A DNA stretch of 64,000 nt, taken from the IMG/VR virus record IMGVR_UViG_3300030294_000005, positions 172,185 through 236,184 of that record; one strand, written 5' to 3'. The notes under the pieces are model-generated. The model was not told the origin of the DNA. It saw only the letters and a list, made by a program, of their open reading frames with translations, and ran no database searches. The position numbers were made by a program, and so were the translations under genes. Below are positions 28,163-39,231 of the stretch, one piece after another. How positions within the stretch are numbered: the first letter of the stretch is position 1; every line of letters starts with the position of its first letter.

Positions 28163-30091
28163 GTGATTGATATGATTAAAAATTATCCAGCTGGGAGCAA
28201 TTTAACAATATTAAATACAATATATTTATATCCTACAAAAGACGAAAATGATAAATGGTCAAAAGATAAATTACTTATAATATTTAAAGATAATGTTACA
28301 GGAGAAAAACATTATGAAGAAATAGAAACTCCTGATTATGAATTTTATATGGCAAAATCAGATGAGTTTATAGATCATAATTTATTATTTATTGAAAAGG
28401 ATAAAGTTGATAAAATATCCACTCCATATAATTCTTTAGCTAAGAAGGTTGCTGAATTAACAGGTAATACAGAATTTTATTATGATAATATAAGAAATGG
28501 GAATAGATATGCAAATAATAAATTGTATACCCATCCTAAAATATTTATGGCAGATCAAAATATAGAAGATCATTATAGATTTAGATTTTCTAATACTTAT
28601 CAAAATCCTATAATACAAGTATCTAAAGCATTCTTTGATATAGAAGTGGATACTATTAAAATGAGAGGAGATTTTCCAGATATGGGAGAATGCCCAATCA
28701 ATGCTATAAGTGTAATTAGTGAAGTTACAAATAAAGTATATATATTTTTATTAAGAAATAAAGAAAATCCATTAATACAAGAATTCGAAGATTCAATTGA
28801 TGATGAATTATTTAAAGAATTAAAAGAATTTGTTAAAGCTAATGTTGGTGGATGGAAGAATGAAAAAAGAGCAGGCTTAGATGAGTTAGATTATGAATTT
28901 ATGTTTTATGATGAAGAAATAAAATTAATTCAAGATTTATTTATATTATTTAATACAACTAAACCAGATTTTATATTAGTTTGGAATATGGCATTTGATA
29001 TGACATATATTATAGAAAGAATAAAGATGCTAGGATATAACCCAGAAGATATAATATGTCATCCAGATTTTAAAACTAGAACTGCACAATATTATAAAGA
29101 TACTAGAAATGAGAATGATTTTAGTAAAAGAGGAGATAGTGCAATAATTAGTTCTTATTCGGTATATATGGATCAACTAATTAGTTTTGCATCTAGAAGA
29201 AGGGGACAACATGCTTATCCAGATTATAAACTTGATACAATAGGTAATATAATTGCTGATGTTGGTAAATTAGATTATTCTGATATAACAACAAGTATAT
29301 CAAAATTACCATATTTAAATTATAAAGTATTTGTATTCTATAATATTATGGATACAATTGTTCAGAAATGTATAGAGAATAAAACTGCAGATGTAGAATA
29401 TGCATTCAATAAATGTTTAATAAATAATACTAGATATAGTAAATGTCATAGACAAACTATATATCTTGTAAATAGAGGTGTAAAAGAATTTTATAAAGAT
29501 GATTTCATTATGGGATGTAATAATAATAAATATAATGAAAAATCAGAGAAGTTTCCTGGAGCATTTGTTGCAGATCCTAGTAAAGTAGATGCGTATGGTA
29601 AAATAAAAATAGCAGGTAATCCTATTAATGTAATGAATAATCTTGATGATTTTGATTATAAAGCTCTATATCCAAGTCTAATGAGAGAATTTAATATGGC
29701 ACCTAATACTCAGATTGGTATTATCAATATACCAAATCAAATATATAATAATGAGAATAGATTTAATAGAGAAATATATAGTAGAGGTTCTGCTTTTATA
29801 GAAGATTTACAGTCTCAAGTTTATCTAGAATTCTGTACAAGATGGTTACATTTTGCAGATTATGGATCATTATATAAAGATGTTATAGAATACTTTACAA
29901 CTGAAGCTAACCCAGGAAGAGCATTGAAATGGTATAATGATAAAAATCAGCAAGTAGTATTAAGATTTATTAACAATAATGCTAAACAAAAAGTTATATC
30001 ATTTAATACAAATGATAAACAAAGAATAATAGATTTTAATTATATTCATGATTTTACTACTGTTAATGATCATTTTCAAAGGAGATGCTAA
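28163..30091 (+). CDS. Split family-B DNA polymerase, part 1 (3'-5' exonuclease + palm motif A)
   Basis: ExoI FDIEVD, ExoII WNMAFD, YKLDTIG, ExoIII YNIMD, FPGAFV, motif A DFDYKALYPSLM; motifs B and C are absent. Confidence 0.9.
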   Translation: MIDMIKNYPAGSNLTILNTIYLYPTKDENDKWSKDKLLIIFKDNVTGEKHYEEIETPDYEFYMAKSDEFIDHNLLFIEKDKVDKISTPYNSLAKKVAELTGNTEFYYDNIRNGNRYANNKLYTHPKIFMADQNIEDHYRFRFSNTYQNPIIQVSKAFFDIEVDTIKMRGDFPDMGECPINAISVISEVTNKVYIFLLRNKENPLIQEFEDSIDDELFKELKEFVKANVGGWKNEKRAGLDELDYEFMFYDEEIKLIQDLFILFNTTKPDFILVWNMAFDMTYIIERIKMLGYNPEDIICHPDFKTRTAQYYKDTRNENDFSKRGDSAIISSYSVYMDQLISFASRRRGQHAYPDYKLDTIGNIIADVGKLDYSDITTSISKLPYLNYKVFVFYNIMDTIVQKCIENKTADVEYAFNKCLINNTRYSKCHRQTIYLVNRGVKEFYKDDFIMGCNNNKYNEKSEKFPGAFVADPSKVDAYGKIKIAGNPINVMNNLDDFDYKALYPSLMREFNMAPNTQIGIINIPNQIYNNENRFNREIYSRGSAFIEDLQSQVYLEFCTRWLHFADYGSLYKDVIEYFTTEANPGRALKWYNDKNQQVVLRFINNNAKQKVISFNTNDKQRIIDFNYIHDFTTVNDHFQRRC

Positions 30092-30094
30092 ATA

Positions 30095-30646
30095 ATGACT
30101 AATGATGAAGTATTAGAATTGGTTGATATATGCAAGTTAATGAAAAGTGATTATGTAGTAATGCATGATAATATTGTAATGGGAAGTGATAGTAGTTTTG
30201 CATACTTTAAAAAATTAGAATTAGATCATCAACTTCCTAATATTGCAGTAAATATGCTAGATTTAAAAAATGAATTAATATTACTAACAGATACTCCTTC
30301 TGATGTACATTTATTTGATATAAATATATATAATAAATTATTAGATATGCATGATACTGTATTGAATATGAAATATATAAAAAATATATCATATGATAGT
30401 TTAGAAAAAGATACTGATTTTGAAGAAGCTTTGAGTTTAAAAACAGCACAGGGAATAAGATATATTGTAAAAGATAAGAAATATTTTATACCTATATATA
30501 ATGGATTACTTCCTGTTGTTAAAGCAGATAAGATTGATTTAGTTATATATGATTTAAATACTTATAGCTTTCTATGTAAGTTTATAATTCATAAAAAGAA
30601 AAAAATGAGTATAGAACTGTATTTATTATGTATGCATATGTGTTGA
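30095..30646 (+). CDS. hypothetical protein co-transcribed with DNA polymerase (candidate clamp/processivity-like)
   Basis: Directly downstream of pol part 1; IVMGSDSSFAYFKKLEL weakly recalls PCNA QAMDSSHV; function speculative. Confidence 0.6.
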   Translation: MTNDEVLELVDICKLMKSDYVVMHDNIVMGSDSSFAYFKKLELDHQLPNIAVNMLDLKNELILLTDTPSDVHLFDINIYNKLLDMHDTVLNMKYIKNISYDSLEKDTDFEEALSLKTAQGIRYIVKDKKYFIPIYNGLLPVVKADKIDLVIYDLNTYSFLCKFIIHKKKKMSIELYLLCMHMC

Positions 30647-30700
30647 GAGATATATACAGTATGGCTTAGCCATACTGTATATGTTTGTTTTTATAACTAG

Positions 30701-30712
30701 AACATAATATTA
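30701..30712 (+). promoter_or_regulatory. AACA-N6-TA promoter of portal gene
   Basis: AACAtaatatTA after the terminator at about 30652-30682. Confidence 0.7.
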
Positions 30713-30736
30713 ATTTAAAAATAGGAGGAATGTTCT

Positions 30737-32995
30737 ATGGAAAATAATAGAAGAAAGCAGCAACAACCAAAAAAGAAAAAGTCAAGTATAAATAGATTGG
30801 CAACATCAGTTCAGAATAACATACAGAAATTATATAAAAACACGTATTTTACTGAACCAGAAAATTATAACGATTTAAATAATATAAAAACCAGTATAGA
30901 TACGAATATAGATAATATAATATCTAACAATATGGATTCTGTAGGTATACCCAATATATCAAAATTATATTCTAGAATACAAATGAAAGACGGTAAAGAT
31001 ACTTCTAAAGATGGTACAATGAGAGAGATAGAGACTCTATTTAACGATCCTACTGTAACAGATGGTATCCTTTCAAGTTATGCACAAAATAAGTATATTA
31101 AAGAATTAGATGAGGAGATAGATCTTATATGTAAGTATATGCCACAGTTAGAAGATGCATTAGATGCAAAAAAGGATAATGTATTAGCAGCAGATCATTT
31201 TTCTAAAGATTTTATTAATGTAGAAAATAAAACAAACATAGATCAAGATGTAACATTTTTAGAAAGAATTGATGAGTTGAAAGCAACATATAATCTATTA
31301 GAGCTGTTTGAAACTATATATGATAAGACTGCTCACTATGGTGAACAATTTATATATATTGTTCCATATAAAAAAGTATTAGGAAAGTTAATGGATGCAA
31401 AAGCTGGGCATAGTAATGGAGCAATTATTACAAATGAAACAGCAAGATTAGCTAATAATGGAATAATAAGATCATGTATAGATGGTGTTAATAGAACCAT
31501 AGTTACTGAAGGCGTAAAAGGTGCAGAACCCATAACTCCTACTGAAATAGGCGGAGGTACTGAAGGAAAATTAAATGTTGAATTAAATATTAGTGGAGTA
31601 TTAGAATCTGCAATAAATGAATATAAATCAGTATCTAATATATATAGAAATAAGAATACTAGTAATAGTAAATTATCAAAAACAATAAATGGTGATGATT
31701 TATCATTTGAAGGTTCAGAAGCTTCTGATGGCATAACTACTAGTACTGTTGATGGTGTCGATACTAATAAAGAACGTTCTAAAATAGATGTTCCAGGTTG
31801 TATCATTAAAAAATTAAAAAGAGAAAATGTTGTTCCTCTTTATGTAGATGAGTTATGTCTAGGTTATTATTATTTTGAATATGACCAAGGAGATATATTT
31901 TCTAATAGTGGAACAATGAGTGATCCAATGATGTCTTTAAAATCAGGTAAGTTTGCTGTAAGTCAAGAAGATTCTAAGAAAGATGAAATGATAAAATTTG
32001 TATCATCTAAATTATCTAGTTTTATAGATAGCAAATTTATAAATACAAATCAAGATTTAAGAAAAGAAATATATATGATCTTAAAACATAATGATTTGTT
32101 TAATGTAGATATACAGAATCAATTGAAAGTAACATTCGTTCCTCCAGAAGATATGGTTCATATGTATTTTCAAAAAGAAGAACAAACGCATAGAGGATTA
32201 TCTGATTTAGACAGATCATTACTTCCTGCAAAATTATATACTTCGTTATATGTAACAAATACAATAGGTGTTCTGACTCGTGGGCAAGATAAAAGAGTTT
32301 ACTATGTAAAACAGAATATAGATTCTAATATATCTCAAACACTTCTAAACACTATTAATCAGATAAAGAAATCTAACTTTGGTGCAAGAGAATTATCTAG
32401 TGTAAAGAATATTCTAAATATAACTGGTAGATATAATGATTATGTTATACCAATGGGTCCTACTGGAGACGCACCTATACAATTTGAAGTAATGCAAGGA
32501 CAGAATATAGATACTAAACCAGAACTGATGAATACATTAGAGCAGATGGCTATTAATGGCACTGATGTTCCATATGAATTTATTCAAGCAAGACAGACTG
32601 TTGATTATGCTGTAAGATTGACCATGTCTAATGGTAAATTCTTACGTAAAGTATTTAAAAGACAAGCTGTAGTACAAAAATTCTATAGTAGAATACTTAC
32701 TACAATTTATAATGCAGAATATATGGCTGATGAAGAAATATCTGTTTCATTACCACCACCAGCATTCTTAAATATAACAAATACAAATCAAATGATGCAG
32801 AATACTACTGAGTATGTTGAGAGTATAGTTGAGATGGAAGCTGGAGATGAAGAAGATGATGTAAAAGCAGAATTTAGACAGAAGTTAAAGAGATACTACT
32901 TATCTACTTATTTAGATCTAAAGATTATAGGCGAGATAAAAGAAAAAGCAGTATTAAAAGTAGAAACAAAAAGAAAAAAAGAAGCAACGGCATAA
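30737..32995 (+). CDS. Portal protein (T4 gp20-like)
   Basis: HYGEQFIYI, GLSDLDRSLLPAKLY, TRGQDKRVYYV (cf. R.P.RRVFYID), DYVIP; adjacent to tail genes. Confidence 0.8.
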   Translation: MENNRRKQQQPKKKKSSINRLATSVQNNIQKLYKNTYFTEPENYNDLNNIKTSIDTNIDNIISNNMDSVGIPNISKLYSRIQMKDGKDTSKDGTMREIETLFNDPTVTDGILSSYAQNKYIKELDEEIDLICKYMPQLEDALDAKKDNVLAADHFSKDFINVENKTNIDQDVTFLERIDELKATYNLLELFETIYDKTAHYGEQFIYIVPYKKVLGKLMDAKAGHSNGAIITNETARLANNGIIRSCIDGVNRTIVTEGVKGAEPITPTEIGGGTEGKLNVELNISGVLESAINEYKSVSNIYRNKNTSNSKLSKTINGDDLSFEGSEASDGITTSTVDGVDTNKERSKIDVPGCIIKKLKRENVVPLYVDELCLGYYYFEYDQGDIFSNSGTMSDPMMSLKSGKFAVSQEDSKKDEMIKFVSSKLSSFIDSKFINTNQDLRKEIYMILKHNDLFNVDIQNQLKVTFVPPEDMVHMYFQKEEQTHRGLSDLDRSLLPAKLYTSLYVTNTIGVLTRGQDKRVYYVKQNIDSNISQTLLNTINQIKKSNFGARELSSVKNILNITGRYNDYVIPMGPTGDAPIQFEVMQGQNIDTKPELMNTLEQMAINGTDVPYEFIQARQTVDYAVRLTMSNGKFLRKVFKRQAVVQKFYSRILTTIYNAEYMADEEISVSLPPPAFLNITNTNQMMQNTTEYVESIVEMEAGDEEDDVKAEFRQKLKRYYLSTYLDLKIIGEIKEKAVLKVETKRKKEATA

Positions 32996-33006
32996 ATGAC
33001 AAAATT

Positions 33007-33034
33007 TAGACTATACTCATATGAGTATAGTCTA
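33007..33034. terminator. Bidirectional terminator (perfect palindrome)
   Basis: tagactatactcatatgagtatagtcta between convergent portal and tail tube genes. Confidence 0.75.
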
Positions 33035-33043
33035 TTTATTTGT

Positions 33044-33841
33044 TTAAAAATTCTTAGGTAAATTAGCAGTATTCTTTGGCATTGTATATCCAAAGTCAAC
33101 TGATTGTTTAACCAATCTCTTAGACAATGGAGTAGTATCAGTGTTGTTCATATAATCCAAATAAGCTTTTGCTTTTGCATTAACGTCATCACTAACTACT
33201 GGGAAGCAATTGAATTCTGCTGTTACTTCTTTAACTTCAATTGTTCCTTTTTCAGATTCAAATATACTTGTCTCTGCTTTAGTAGGTTGGCAATTAAGTA
33301 ATAGATAAGCTCTTTCTATCTTTGTTACTGAGTTATCAGTAACGAAATATAACATTGTAAATACTTCGTTCTCATAACCAGGCTCTAATGTGCCATCATC
33401 TATTAAACCATGATAAGTTTTTATCTGAGTCCTTGGATCTTTTAATCCTTTTAAATACAATTCATGTAATCTAGTGATTGGAGTAGCTGCTTTTTCAAAG
33501 AATCTCATAGATACTGTGGATGCAGATTGTTCAGTTACTTTTGATATAATATTAAGATTTGATATACCATTAGTTAGTTCAATCGTATCAACAGTTATAT
33601 CCTCTAAGCCATTCAATCCTCTAAATTCATTTTCTAATATATGAACATAATTATTTAATAATGTATTATACCCACTATTAACTACTGCTAGTTTTTCAAG
33701 AAAAACTGGGGTAGCTGCTACTACTAAGAATGAATAGCCAGATTCAAATAAATTATATTCTTTTAAATTACCAAAATCAGTAACTCCTCTCATCAGAGTG
33801 GATGTAGTATAGTCTTTAATAACCGAAAGATCTTGAAACAT
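33044..33841 (-). CDS. Putative tail tube protein
   Basis: Immediately downstream of the sheath gene; size and beta-rich composition fit. Confidence 0.65.
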   Translation of the reverse strand: MFQDLSVIKDYTTSTLMRGVTDFGNLKEYNLFESGYSFLVVAATPVFLEKLAVVNSGYNTLLNNYVHILENEFRGLNGLEDITVDTIELTNGISNLNIISKVTEQSASTVSMRFFEKAATPITRLHELYLKGLKDPRTQIKTYHGLIDDGTLEPGYENEVFTMLYFVTDNSVTKIERAYLLLNCQPTKAETSIFESEKGTIEVKEVTAEFNCFPVVSDDVNAKAKAYLDYMNNTDTTPLSKRLVKQSVDFGYTMPKNTANLPKNF

Positions 33842-33868
33842 AAATTTTACCTCCTTTTGTTAATTTTT

Positions 33869-35701
33869 TTATTGTATTGCAAATAACTTAAAGTATTCTG
33901 TTTGTACAAAATCTTTAAATGAAACTTCAATTACTGCATAGTATATCTTATTCATTAGCATATCTGGATCTGCAGTATAAGTCATCTTTAAAGTTTTAAA
34001 GTTAGCAGTATATTTATCTAAAACTGTTTGTACATCTCTTCGATAAGTTTCAAGATCATCACCATCTATAAAGCTATATCTAATCTTTGGACATTTTGTT
34101 CTAACAGCTTTTACAACTTCTTGTATAGCTAAGATATTATTAAGAAATGATAATTGAGTAAAGTCATCTTGAGACGTATATAAAGTCTCTATGGTCAATA
34201 TATCATCATAATAAGAAACATAGTTAACTCTATTATCACCTAAAATTTGTTTCTGATTTTCAGCAGGAGTAACTTTAGGGATATAATTTACAGTACCAGC
34301 TATAGCTTCAGGAATTACTGCATTATACAGTTGGCCGGCAAATGGTCTATTTCTACCTAACTTAAAGTGATTTATTAATAATCTTGCAATACTATATCCT
34401 ATTGTAACTGGAATTTGCTTTTTAGTATATGGATCTATGATATCATATGAAACACCATAGGTATGGCAATACTTATTCTTAAATAGATCTTTACTAGTTG
34501 CTAATATATCTTCCATTGTAGTAAGTCCTAATCCTAAATCTCTGAAATAAGATTCATCCTCTCTAAATGCAGTTAAATTTTCAATTGCATGTTTTACATT
34601 TGTAGGATAGTTAGCATCTACAATAGCATCTATTTTATATTTATCAACATCATAAATATCATCAGTATAAGTACCATCGAATACTTCAATTACTTTTGCT
34701 TCCCATTCAGGCTTACCGAAAGGAGCTGTAGCAAATGCACCATTAACACCATTGTCTAATGATATACCATATATATATGATAAATTGAATCCAGTAATAT
34801 CTGTAGGATCTGTATCTATATTAATTAAGTCAGAGAGATCTCTTTCTTTACAAAATATTAAATCAGATGCAGCACAGTAGTCTACAGTATTTCCACTTAT
34901 CAAAGCTACTTTATTAATAAGTAGATTATAATTATCATCAAATGAAATAGCATTGATTTGATTTGAAGTATTAACCATGTTTTGAAGTGATTTATTTACA
35001 CCAAGTTCTATAATATCTGGATTTAATGTAAAAACAATTGACTCCAATACAACATCGTTTTCTAAAACTTCTAATGAATATTTTATATACTTTAGATATT
35101 TGCTATCATCATATAATGGTGAAATTCTAAACTTTTTATTACTAATACCTCTACCATTATCAGCTATAACACCTAAAGGATAAATACCTCCATCAACTAA
35201 TGTATCATCTAATGAACTATTTATAACTGCTGCTGCTGATTGTATAGTCTTAACCCCAGTTACCGATTTGCACTCAAATTTAATATTACATACATCTATC
35301 ATCAATGGTGTATTACCATCGACTAAAGTTGTTTCTACACCAGCAGGTGTTTTATAAAGTAAGTCACCAGCACTGTTTTTCTTTTGAACTGTAACTTTTG
35401 ATAAGTTAGCTACAACAGCAATATTAGCTAATGTTGAATCATCTGCTACTACTCTTTTTACTAATAGTTTTCCACCACCATCTATTATTGAAGCTGCTTG
35501 TAGTAATGGTTGACCATGCCTTGCATAAGATATATTTTCGCCATATAGACTGTAGAAAGCAGGCCCTTCTACTGATCTTAAATCCTCAGGTCCCTTGTCT
35601 GAACTTATTACTGTTAAAAACAATGGTTTTACTGTAGTCTGTGGAGTTATTTCCACTGCCTTTGAATTATCAATTATTTCAAATATAGTTGTAGGAATCA
35701 T
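33869..35701 (-). CDS. Contractile tail sheath protein
   Basis: FYSLYGENISYARHGQ...LLVKRVV N-terminus; sheath-like C-terminus (RVNY, QLSFLNN, YYAVIEVSF); AACA-N6-TA promoter at 35752-35763 (-). Confidence 0.8.
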   Translation of the reverse strand: MIPTTIFEIIDNSKAVEITPQTTVKPLFLTVISSDKGPEDLRSVEGPAFYSLYGENISYARHGQPLLQAASIIDGGGKLLVKRVVADDSTLANIAVVANLSKVTVQKKNSAGDLLYKTPAGVETTLVDGNTPLMIDVCNIKFECKSVTGVKTIQSAAAVINSSLDDTLVDGGIYPLGVIADNGRGISNKKFRISPLYDDSKYLKYIKYSLEVLENDVVLESIVFTLNPDIIELGVNKSLQNMVNTSNQINAISFDDNYNLLINKVALISGNTVDYCAASDLIFCKERDLSDLINIDTDPTDITGFNLSYIYGISLDNGVNGAFATAPFGKPEWEAKVIEVFDGTYTDDIYDVDKYKIDAIVDANYPTNVKHAIENLTAFREDESYFRDLGLGLTTMEDILATSKDLFKNKYCHTYGVSYDIIDPYTKKQIPVTIGYSIARLLINHFKLGRNRPFAGQLYNAVIPEAIAGTVNYIPKVTPAENQKQILGDNRVNYVSYYDDILTIETLYTSQDDFTQLSFLNNILAIQEVVKAVRTKCPKIRYSFIDGDDLETYRRDVQTVLDKYTANFKTLKMTYTADPDMLMNKIYYAVIEVSFKDFVQTEYFKLFAIQ

Positions 35702-35770
35702 AAAAATTTACCTCCTTTTTCTAACATTATTTTTTTAATTATGATATGCTTTACTCATATGTTATTTTTC

Positions 35771-36493
35771 TTACTTAGTGAATAACACTTCCAATGGAGA
35801 ATACGTATCGTTTTTGTTTATTATAGCATTGACAACTGCCTCATCCCAATTTTCACTAGTTATAGATGTAAACGGGCTAACCATCTGAGGTACTTGTTTT
35901 ATATTTATTGTAGTATAATTTGTCATATCAGTTATATTTGTATGTCGAAATAATACTTGTTTATTTTTAGGATCTCTACATACTTCTGATACAATCATAC
36001 CAAATTCTTGCATAGTTATTCCATAATTTTCTCCATTCAATGTTATATTTTCTATAAAATATTTATGAAGTTTATCATATGGGATTGTTGTAGGTAATTG
36101 ACCAGTTTTAAATAATCTAAGAAACTGTTCTGCATTTTCTATAGACTGCGGTACTTTTACAGATACTACAACCTTATTATCTTTTTTAAATTTTAATAAT
36201 CTATAATCTTGAACTTCAGAGTATTTCGTTAATTGAAGTTGTTTACCTTTTTCTATAACATATGGACTACATAAAAACATGGTTGGAAAGTTAAATGGTT
36301 TTAATCCAGATGATTTTCCATTCTCATCTAATATAGTATAATCGAATACTCCTAATAAACTTACATATTCTCCTATAACCTCTGCTATATCTTTTTCAAA
36401 ATATATCTCAGGAACATAAAAAACTATTTCTCCAGAATTATTAAATAGTAACGATTCGCCATCTCTTTTTAAAAATTTAGGTATATCATACAT
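35771..36493 (-). CDS. RNA polymerase beta' extreme C-terminal fragment (probably virion RNAP)
   Basis: FGMIVSEVCRD and SPFTSITSENWDEAVVNAII parallel RpoC HIEVIVRQM and [20 protein letters not shown]; AACA-N6-TA promoter at 36511-36522 (-). Confidence 0.6.
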   Translation of the reverse strand: MYDIPKFLKRDGESLLFNNSGEIVFYVPEIYFEKDIAEVIGEYVSLLGVFDYTILDENGKSSGLKPFNFPTMFLCSPYVIEKGKQLQLTKYSEVQDYRLLKFKKDNKVVVSVKVPQSIENAEQFLRLFKTGQLPTTIPYDKLHKYFIENITLNGENYGITMQEFGMIVSEVCRDPKNKQVLFRHTNITDMTNYTTINIKQVPQMVSPFTSITSENWDEAVVNAIINKNDTYSPLEVLFTK

Positions 36494-36569
36494 ATCAATC
36501 TCTCCTTTCTTATTAAATTGTTATAATATAAAAAATATAAGAGTTCAACATACGTTGAACTCTTTTTTA

Positions 36570-36836
36570 TTATAATTTATTAGTTTCTTTTTTTATAAGT
36601 GATGTTGCAAAAATTGTTATAGCACCTATGATTAATGCTGATTGAATAGAATTAATATATAACGATGCTACACAAATTACAGAAAATACAGCTACTTTTA
36701 ATAAACTAATACATGCATGTGCATGATTATTATATACTAATCCAATAAAAGCTATTGCTAAGAATATGATTGAAATAAATAAAGAATATACAAATAGATA
36801 TACCTTTAAAATTGTAAGTATAGCAGTTCCAATCAT
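36570..36836 (-). CDS. small membrane protein (3 TM)
   Basis: Almost entirely hydrophobic. Confidence 0.55.
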   Translation of the reverse strand: MIGTAILTILKVYLFVYSLFISIIFLAIAFIGLVYNNHAHACISLLKVAVFSVICVASLYINSIQSALIIGAITIFATSLIKKETNKL

Positions 36837-36840
36837 TATA

Positions 36841-37140
36841 TTATACTATAGGAGTTGTATCTACTATTTTAGATATAGCTCTTATTTTATCTATTTGAAT
36901 TTTTATCACTTTACTACTATATTTATCAGAATTATCTAATACTAATGAGCATCCATCCATATCAATATTTACAATTTTGCATTGTATAGATATTAAAACA
37001 CTATCTTCAACATATGATACATTAATTAAATCTCCTTCTTGAATTGATACTATAGTGCCAGTACCATCTTCATAAGTTATATCTATTTCATCTATTATTT
37101 TAAAATTATTTGTTATGGATAGAATGTTCATATTCATCAA
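36841..37140 (-). CDS. hypothetical protein
   Basis: Operonic ORF. Confidence 0.6.
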   Translation of the reverse strand: MMNMNILSITNNFKIIDEIDITYEDGTGTIVSIQEGDLINVSYVEDSVLISIQCKIVNIDMDGCSLVLDNSDKYSSKVIKIQIDKIRAISKIVDTTPIV

Positions 37141-38284
37141 CCTCTTTCATTAATTTTATTGTACTTAATAGATTGTTAAGAATTTCTGCTCCAAAAACAG
37201 ATATATCTAAATCAAGATATTTTAATAATAATATATTTTGTATTGTATAATACATGAATGTATGTTCTCCAACATCATTTGGAGACATGGGCTGACATAC
37301 TTTACAGATAATGATTATGAATTTCTTTATATCATCATCTGATATATTATAATTTTTCACTACTTCAGGAATAGTTTTTTCTATTAGTCTTATATCTTTA
37401 ATCTTAAATTTAGAATCTTCGTATTTAAGATTAAACTCGTTAACAATTCTTTTATATCTAGATAAATCTTTACTAATCTTTCTTCTAATTAATTCATTAT
37501 TATTTAAAGCATCTTTAATAGTTATAAAACTATATGAATCTATGAATGCAGCTGATACTTTTCTAAGAAGATTTGCTTTATCTGGAAATCCACTCTCTTC
37601 TAATTTATCAGCTTTCTTAGGAAGTTCTATTTCCATATTTGATTTTAAATTATCATTATACATTTCAGAAAAGCTAGGTATTTGGAGTTCCTTCTGAAGA
37701 GCTTTCTGTAAATCAACAAATTCTTTATCAACATACATATCTCTTATAAAATGATCTAGTACATTTTTTGCAGTGCTATTAATAGTTGACATATTTGGAC
37801 CATTTAATTCTTTTACTATTAATTGAATCATATTTGGTAATTCATGATAAATATTAAATTTTTCTCCAGCTCTGAATCTTGTAACTATAGTAAATAATTT
37901 ACTAGCATCTTCATCAGATAAACCATATGATTTTAAACTATCAGTACTGTTACCTATATTAGCAGTTTTTTCATCAAATATTGTTTCCGTTAAAGATCTA
38001 CTATATACATCATCTGGTGCAGCAACTCCAGATGCTTTACCTGTTCTAGGATCTATTTCTACATATCTTTCAGATTCAATAACTTTCTTATCTACTACAT
38101 TATAAGGATAAGGCTTGTCCTCTGTATTTTCAGGAATTCCAACATATGACTTTTCAGGAATAGCATCTTCTTTAGATGTAGTGATGATACCATCCAATAT
38201 ATCTGACATGTAACTTCTATTTTCTGCTAAAACCTCCGCTAACTGTTCTAGTTGTTCATCATTTAATATTTCTTTATTATCCAT
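37106..38284 (-). CDS. hypothetical protein
   Basis: 392-aa ORF, GGGAG RBS. Confidence 0.7.
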   Translation of the reverse strand: MDNKEILNDEQLEQLAEVLAENRSYMSDILDGIITTSKEDAIPEKSYVGIPENTEDKPYPYNVVDKKVIESERYVEIDPRTGKASGVAAPDDVYSRSLTETIFDEKTANIGNSTDSLKSYGLSDEDASKLFTIVTRFRAGEKFNIYHELPNMIQLIVKELNGPNMSTINSTAKNVLDHFIRDMYVDKEFVDLQKALQKELQIPSFSEMYNDNLKSNMEIELPKKADKLEESGFPDKANLLRKVSAAFIDSYSFITIKDALNNNELIRRKISKDLSRYKRIVNEFNLKYEDSKFKIKDIRLIEKTIPEVVKNYNISDDDIKKFIIIICKVCQPMSPNDVGEHTFMYYTIQNILLLKYLDLDISVFGAEILNNLLSTIKLMKEVDEYEHSIHNK

Positions 38285-38297
38285 TTTAATCGCTCCC

Positions 38298-39083
38298 TTA
38301 TTTTACGTTTGATATATCTATATCTTCATCTATAGATAAACTTTGAATTTGTAATCTGATATTAGTTAATAATGTTGGTCTTAATTGTCCTTGAATCAAT
38401 GGACCATAAGTATATCTAAAGAAATCATTTATTGGAACACATATATCATTTAAATACTTTATAATATTCTTATCTTGATATATCATAGATAATATATTAT
38501 AGAATGGAATATCGAATACACAAATATTAGCAATTACATAATCTATATTAGCGTTTATAATAGCTAATTTAGAATTCTTATATAATTTTTTAGAATAGAT
38601 TGTACTGCTATCTTTATTCTTTTTATAATCAGCAAGATGTAATGATTCATATAAACTATTTTTTTCTTTTACTATATAATTAGAAAAGAATGTTACAAGA
38701 TTATTAGAAAAATTAGATACTAGAAAATCATATAAATAATATGCAGCAGAATATGGATCTGTTATATTATTACCATTTATTGATACTCCACAATCATTTG
38801 CTAATATTGATAATATTTGGTTATATGTTTCTAGTCTTACAGCTTCTATCTGTACACTATTTTCAGGAAAGGTAGCTTTTGCTTGTTTAAATCTAGCTTC
38901 AAATGATGCTGGTATATTTACCATAGTAGTTGTAAAAAATCCACATCTACTGTTAATATTATCTTTTATTATATCGAATATAAAATCAGAATTAAAATGA
39001 GATAATATATCTGATACTTCACCCTCAAGTCCTATATTATATGAATTTAGATTTGCTGTCATTATTCCCATAATTAAAATCAC
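38298..39083 (-). CDS. hypothetical (probably late) protein
   Basis: AACA-N6-TA at 39171-39182 (-). Confidence 0.7.
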   Translation of the reverse strand: MILIMGIMTANLNSYNIGLEGEVSDILSHFNSDFIFDIIKDNINSRCGFFTTTMVNIPASFEARFKQAKATFPENSVQIEAVRLETYNQILSILANDCGVSINGNNITDPYSAAYYLYDFLVSNFSNNLVTFFSNYIVKEKNSLYESLHLADYKKNKDSSTIYSKKLYKNSKLAIINANIDYVIANICVFDIPFYNILSMIYQDKNIIKYLNDICVPINDFFRYTYGPLIQGQLRPTLLTNIRLQIQSLSIDEDIDISNVK

Positions 39084-39231
39084 CCCTTATAATTTTTTAT
39101 TAAAATCTTATATTATATATAAGATATTATATTTTTAAAATATTAATGAATTAATACCCTCCCTTTATATTATTCTTGTGTTATGTATGATATAAAAAAC
39201 TATTATAGGGGTTACCCTATAATAGTATTGA

